Assembly (NCBI GenBank): GCA_017450885.1
Contig: JAFSSR010000076.1
Coordinates: forward strand, 1 to 61,426
DNA: 61,426 nucleotides
Direction: 5' to 3'
From: Clostridia bacterium
GTDB lineage: Bacteria; Bacillota; Clostridia; Oscillospirales; CAG-272
The position numbers and the translations under genes were made by a program. Under the pieces are notes generated by a model, which saw only the letters and a list, made by a program, of their open reading frames with translations, did not search any database and was not told the DNA's origin. Of this stretch, positions 57,935 through 61,426 are shown one piece after another. The stretch's first letter is position 1, and every line of letters starts with the position of its first letter.

Positions 57935-58392
57935 CAGTTCTCCTGAAAAGTGGAAATGTGTTTAAAGTAGACCGCGGCGTCCTCGCGCGGCTTTGCGTAA
58001 TAGTCGCGCCGTATCCCGACACGCTCGTATCCGTGCTTTTCGTAAAGCGCGACGGCGGGTGCGTTCGACACCCTGACCTCGAGTGCGATCAGCGGGAGCT
58101 TTCTCTCCTCCGCGACCTCGTCGGTCTTTTCAAGAAAGAGATCCGCAAGCCCCATACGCCGGAACTCCGGCGCGGTCTCGATCGAACAGACGTAAAGCGA
58201 GTCGACCGAATCGTAAAGCTCGAGATAACCGGCGACCTTGCCGCCGGAAAGGGCGACAAATGCGAAGGCGCGCTCGTTTGTCAGCGCGCTTTCAAGCATC
58301 GAGCGGGAAAAGGGATCGGAAAAGCACCGCTTTTCCAGAGCCTCCACCGCGTCGAGATGATCGTGGGAAAAGGGAAGGATATCAAACGTCAA
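57934..58392 (-). CDS. rimI: Ribosomal-protein-alanine N-acetyltransferase RimI (GNAT)
   Basis: GNAT fold motifs (IETAPEFRRMGLADLFL) and adjacency to tsaD. Confidence 0.8.
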   Translation of the reverse strand: MTFDILPFSHDHLDAVEALEKRCFSDPFSRSMLESALTNERAFAFVALSGGKVAGYLELYDSVDSLYVCSIETAPEFRRMGLADLFLEKTDEVAEERKLPLIALEVRVSNAPAVALYEKHGYERVGIRRDYYAKPREDAAVYFKHISTFQEN

Positions 58393-58894
58393 GAAGAAAC
58401 ATCTCCTTCAGTCCCGCGGCTATCTCGGCAAGACAGCGGGAATAGTCCTCCACGCTTCCGCCGAACGGATCGGGAATGTCGCGGGGCATGGCGCAGATCT
58501 TGCCTGCGTGGGCGGGGTAGGAGTAAATCAGCTCCATCGCGTGACGGCGGGAGATGCCTACTATCCTGTCGTACGAACGCAGCGTCGCCTCGTCGACCGG
58601 ACGCGCCGTATGGAGGTCGAACCTGTCGTCAGGCGAGGGCTCGACGCCCGCCAGCTTCAGCGCTTCGACCGCGTTCGGCGAGATAGGCGAACCCGGCGCG
58701 GGGAAGAGTCCCGCGGAGGACGCTTCTATCCCGTGCGCCTTTCCGTGACTGTTGAGCCACGCCGCCGCCATCGGCGAGCGGCAGGTGTTGCCCGTGCAGA
58801 CGAACAGCACCCGCAGGGGGCGATCCTCTGTCTTTTCCGGAAACGCGGGGAAGGGGCTGACGCTTATATCATTGACCTGCCTTACCGTCTCCAT
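58382..58894 (-). CDS. Low-molecular-weight protein arginine/tyrosine phosphatase
   Basis: CX5R(S) P-loop VLFVCTGNTCRSPMA and a downstream DP general-acid motif (IPDPFGG). The track ORF (to 59209) was trimmed to the ATG at 58894, which overlaps the comEB stop (TGATG). Confidence 0.8.
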   Translation of the reverse strand: METVRQVNDISVSPFPAFPEKTEDRPLRVLFVCTGNTCRSPMAAAWLNSHGKAHGIEASSAGLFPAPGSPISPNAVEALKLAGVEPSPDDRFDLHTARPVDEATLRSYDRIVGISRRHAMELIYSYPAHAGKICAMPRDIPDPFGGSVEDYSRCLAEIAAGLKEMFLLDV

Positions 58895-59382
58895 CAATAT
58901 CCGAAATTCCCGGAAAGACTGTCGTCGTTTACTATCCAGTCGTGTACGTTGAACTTGGTGTACTTTTCCTTGTCCTCGCGGACGACCACCTTTGCTATGC
59001 CGGCGTTGAGTATCATGCGCTTGCACATGGCGCAGGAGCAGATCCCCGGTACGATATCGCCGGTCGCCGGATCGGTGCACGCCATATAGAGGGTGGCTCC
59101 CTGGGTCTGCTGATATGAGGCGGCGATTATCGCGTTGGCCTCCGCGTGGACGGAACGGCACATCTCGTAGCGCTCGCCGTGGGGGATGCCCAGACGGTCG
59201 CGCATACATTCGCCGATGTCGCTGCAGTTGGTGCGGCCGCGCGGGGCGCCGTTGTAGCCGGTGGATACGATTACGTCGTCCTTGACTATTATCGCGCCGA
59301 AACGGCGGCGCAGACAGGTCGAGCGTTCGCTTACTGTCTCGGCGATGTCAAGGTAGTAGTTGATCTTTGATACTCTCGGCAT
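58894..59382 (-). CDS. comEB: Deoxycytidylate (dCMP) deaminase, ComEB-like
   Basis: Zinc motifs HAEANAI and C..CAMCKRMI. Confidence 0.85.
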   Translation of the reverse strand: MPRVSKINYYLDIAETVSERSTCLRRRFGAIIVKDDVIVSTGYNGAPRGRTNCSDIGECMRDRLGIPHGERYEMCRSVHAEANAIIAASYQQTQGATLYMACTDPATGDIVPGICSCAMCKRMILNAGIAKVVVREDKEKYTKFNVHDWIVNDDSLSGNFGY

Positions 59383-59409
59383 GATCTTTCACGTCCTTTA
59401 TGTAGATTT

Positions 59410-60282
59410 TTAGAGCGTAGCTGCCTTTTCTTTGAGGTATGCGCGGAAATCCTCACCGAGGGCGGGATCGCGCAGAGCGTATTCGATGTTGGCCTCAAGG
59501 AAGCCCATCTTGCTGCCCATATCGTAGCGCTTGCCGATGAACTCGACGGCGCTCATGCCCTTTGTGCGCGCGAGCTCCTTCATCGCGTCGGTGAGCTGTA
59601 TCTCGTTTCCGGCGCCGGGAGCGGTGTTGTCGAGAATGTCGTATATATCGGCGGTGAGGAGCACGCGCCCGAGGATGGAGAGATTGGAGAACTTCTCCTC
59701 CGGCTTCGGCTTTTCTATCATGTCCTTGACGTGGTATTCGCGCCCCTCGATATGCTCGACGTCGAGAGAGCAGTATTTAACGATCTGCTCGTCGGTGACC
59801 GGCTGAACGGCGGCGACGGCGAGACCGTACTTTTCGTAAGCGTCCATCATCTGGCGGCAGACCGGGACGTCGGAATAAACGACGTCGTCGCCGTAAAGCA
59901 CGCAGAACGCCTCGTCGCCGGTGAACGCGCGCGCGCAGCTTATGGCGTGACCGAGACCGCGGGGCTCCTTCTGACGAATGAAATGTACGTTGACGCGCTG
60001 CACCAGCTCGCGGAGCTGTTCGAGCTCCTTGGTCTTGCCCTTTTCGATGAGCTTCTGCTCATATTCGGGCGAATAGTCGAAGTAATCCTCGATGGCGCCC
60101 TTGCCGCGGTTGGTGATTATGAGTATATCGGTGATGCCGCTGTCGGCGGCCTCGCGTACCAGATAGTCCATGACCGGACGGTCGACTATCGGCAGGACCT
60201 CCTTCGGGACGGTCCGCGCGATGGGGAGCATGCGGGTCCCCAGACCCGCCGCCGGGATTACTGCCTTGGTGATCTTCTTCAT
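59410..60282 (-). CDS. galU: UTP--glucose-1-phosphate uridylyltransferase
   Basis: KAVIPAAGLGTRMLP...PKEVLPIVD, VLYGDDV and LTDA motifs. Confidence 0.95.
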   Translation of the reverse strand: MKKITKAVIPAAGLGTRMLPIARTVPKEVLPIVDRPVMDYLVREAADSGITDILIITNRGKGAIEDYFDYSPEYEQKLIEKGKTKELEQLRELVQRVNVHFIRQKEPRGLGHAISCARAFTGDEAFCVLYGDDVVYSDVPVCRQMMDAYEKYGLAVAAVQPVTDEQIVKYCSLDVEHIEGREYHVKDMIEKPKPEEKFSNLSILGRVLLTADIYDILDNTAPGAGNEIQLTDAMKELARTKGMSAVEFIGKRYDMGSKMGFLEANIEYALRDPALGEDFRAYLKEKAATL

Positions 60283-60336
60283 TGTTCGTGTCCTCGTTTC
60301 TTATATAAAAATGCCGATATTAGACTAATTATAATT

Positions 60337-60365
60337 ATTATAAAACATTGTTAAGAAAAAATCAA
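60337..60365 (-). promoter_or_regulatory. Sigma-70-type promoter of galU
   Basis: On the minus strand, TTGATT (60365-60360), a 17-nt spacer, then TATAAT (60342-60337). Confidence 0.5.
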
Positions 60366-60433
60366 TATATCTTTAAGATAAAAATCAGAGTTTTTTGTCC
60401 CGGAGAGACCTCTCGGCTTCCCGCCCCCGACTG

Positions 60434-60457
60434 AAAAAGGACCGGAAAAACCGGTCC
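60434..60457 (-). terminator. Rho-independent terminator after the ABC-F gene
   Basis: ggaccgg / ccggtcc stem with a T-run on the minus strand. Confidence 0.7.
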
Positions 60458-60463
60458 GTGTTT

Positions 60464-61426
<963 letters not shown>

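Noticed and set aside
58895-59209. A long N-terminal extension of the LMW phosphatase ORF; the track ORF 58382-59209 is 275 aa.
   Set aside because: The extension lies in an alternative frame inside the well-supported dCMP deaminase gene. The phosphatase domain starts shortly after the ATG at 58894, which overlaps the comEB stop.

Overview
This 61.4 kb window looks like the chromosome of a high-GC Firmicute, probably Clostridia or Oscillospirales-like; that placement is inferred from gene content and codon style, with no search run. Most of it is housekeeping sequence.

**Gene content, in order:**
- The 3' end of a GltD-like oxidoreductase, an AEC transporter, a family-4 UDG, a MecA-like adaptor and a GHL10 hydrolase.
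- A dcw cell-division cluster, mraZ-rsmH-ftsL-PBP-murE-murF-mraY-ftsW-murG-ftsQ-ftsZ, with no murD or ftsA in it.
- A CHAP/SH3b/SLH wall hydrolase, dusB, and a stand-alone glycyl-radical enzyme.
- A livJHMGF-type ABC importer, an MBL-fold protein, an S51 peptidase, a trigger-factor-like lipoprotein, and metY-metA.
- prfB, nif3 and trmK, followed by an AraC regulator divergent from three large SLH-anchored surface proteins.
- wecC-wecB, a small AT-rich four-helix-bundle gene, and alaS.
- rex-dnaD-dnaI, icd, tsaD-rimI, an LMW phosphatase, comEB, galU and the 3' part of an ABC-F ATPase.
- No rRNA, tRNA, CRISPR array or transposase gene was seen.

**Items most worth a second look:**
1. A ~650 bp AT-rich cassette at 48797-49449 carries an Avd / 23S-IVS-protein-family four-helix-bundle gene. 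It is boxed in by inverted arrays of 23-24 bp CTAAAT-linked mini-hairpins and sits between convergent wecB and alaS.
2. A cargo-less palindromic array of ATGAAG/CTTCAT repeats lies at about 19855-20030.
3. An AraC-associated cluster of three SLH surface proteins is built from an unrecognised ~330 aa N-domain plus tandem Cys/His-rich ~40 aa modules. It lies next to the ManNAc(A) precursor genes wecC and wecB.
4. An orphan glycyl-radical enzyme has no activase nearby.
5. A textbook three-box MraZ operator is present, and a ~20 nt motif is shared by the mraZ and ftsZ promoters.

I found no complete, recognisable new multi-gene defence-type system. All family assignments come from motif recognition by eye, since no database search was possible.
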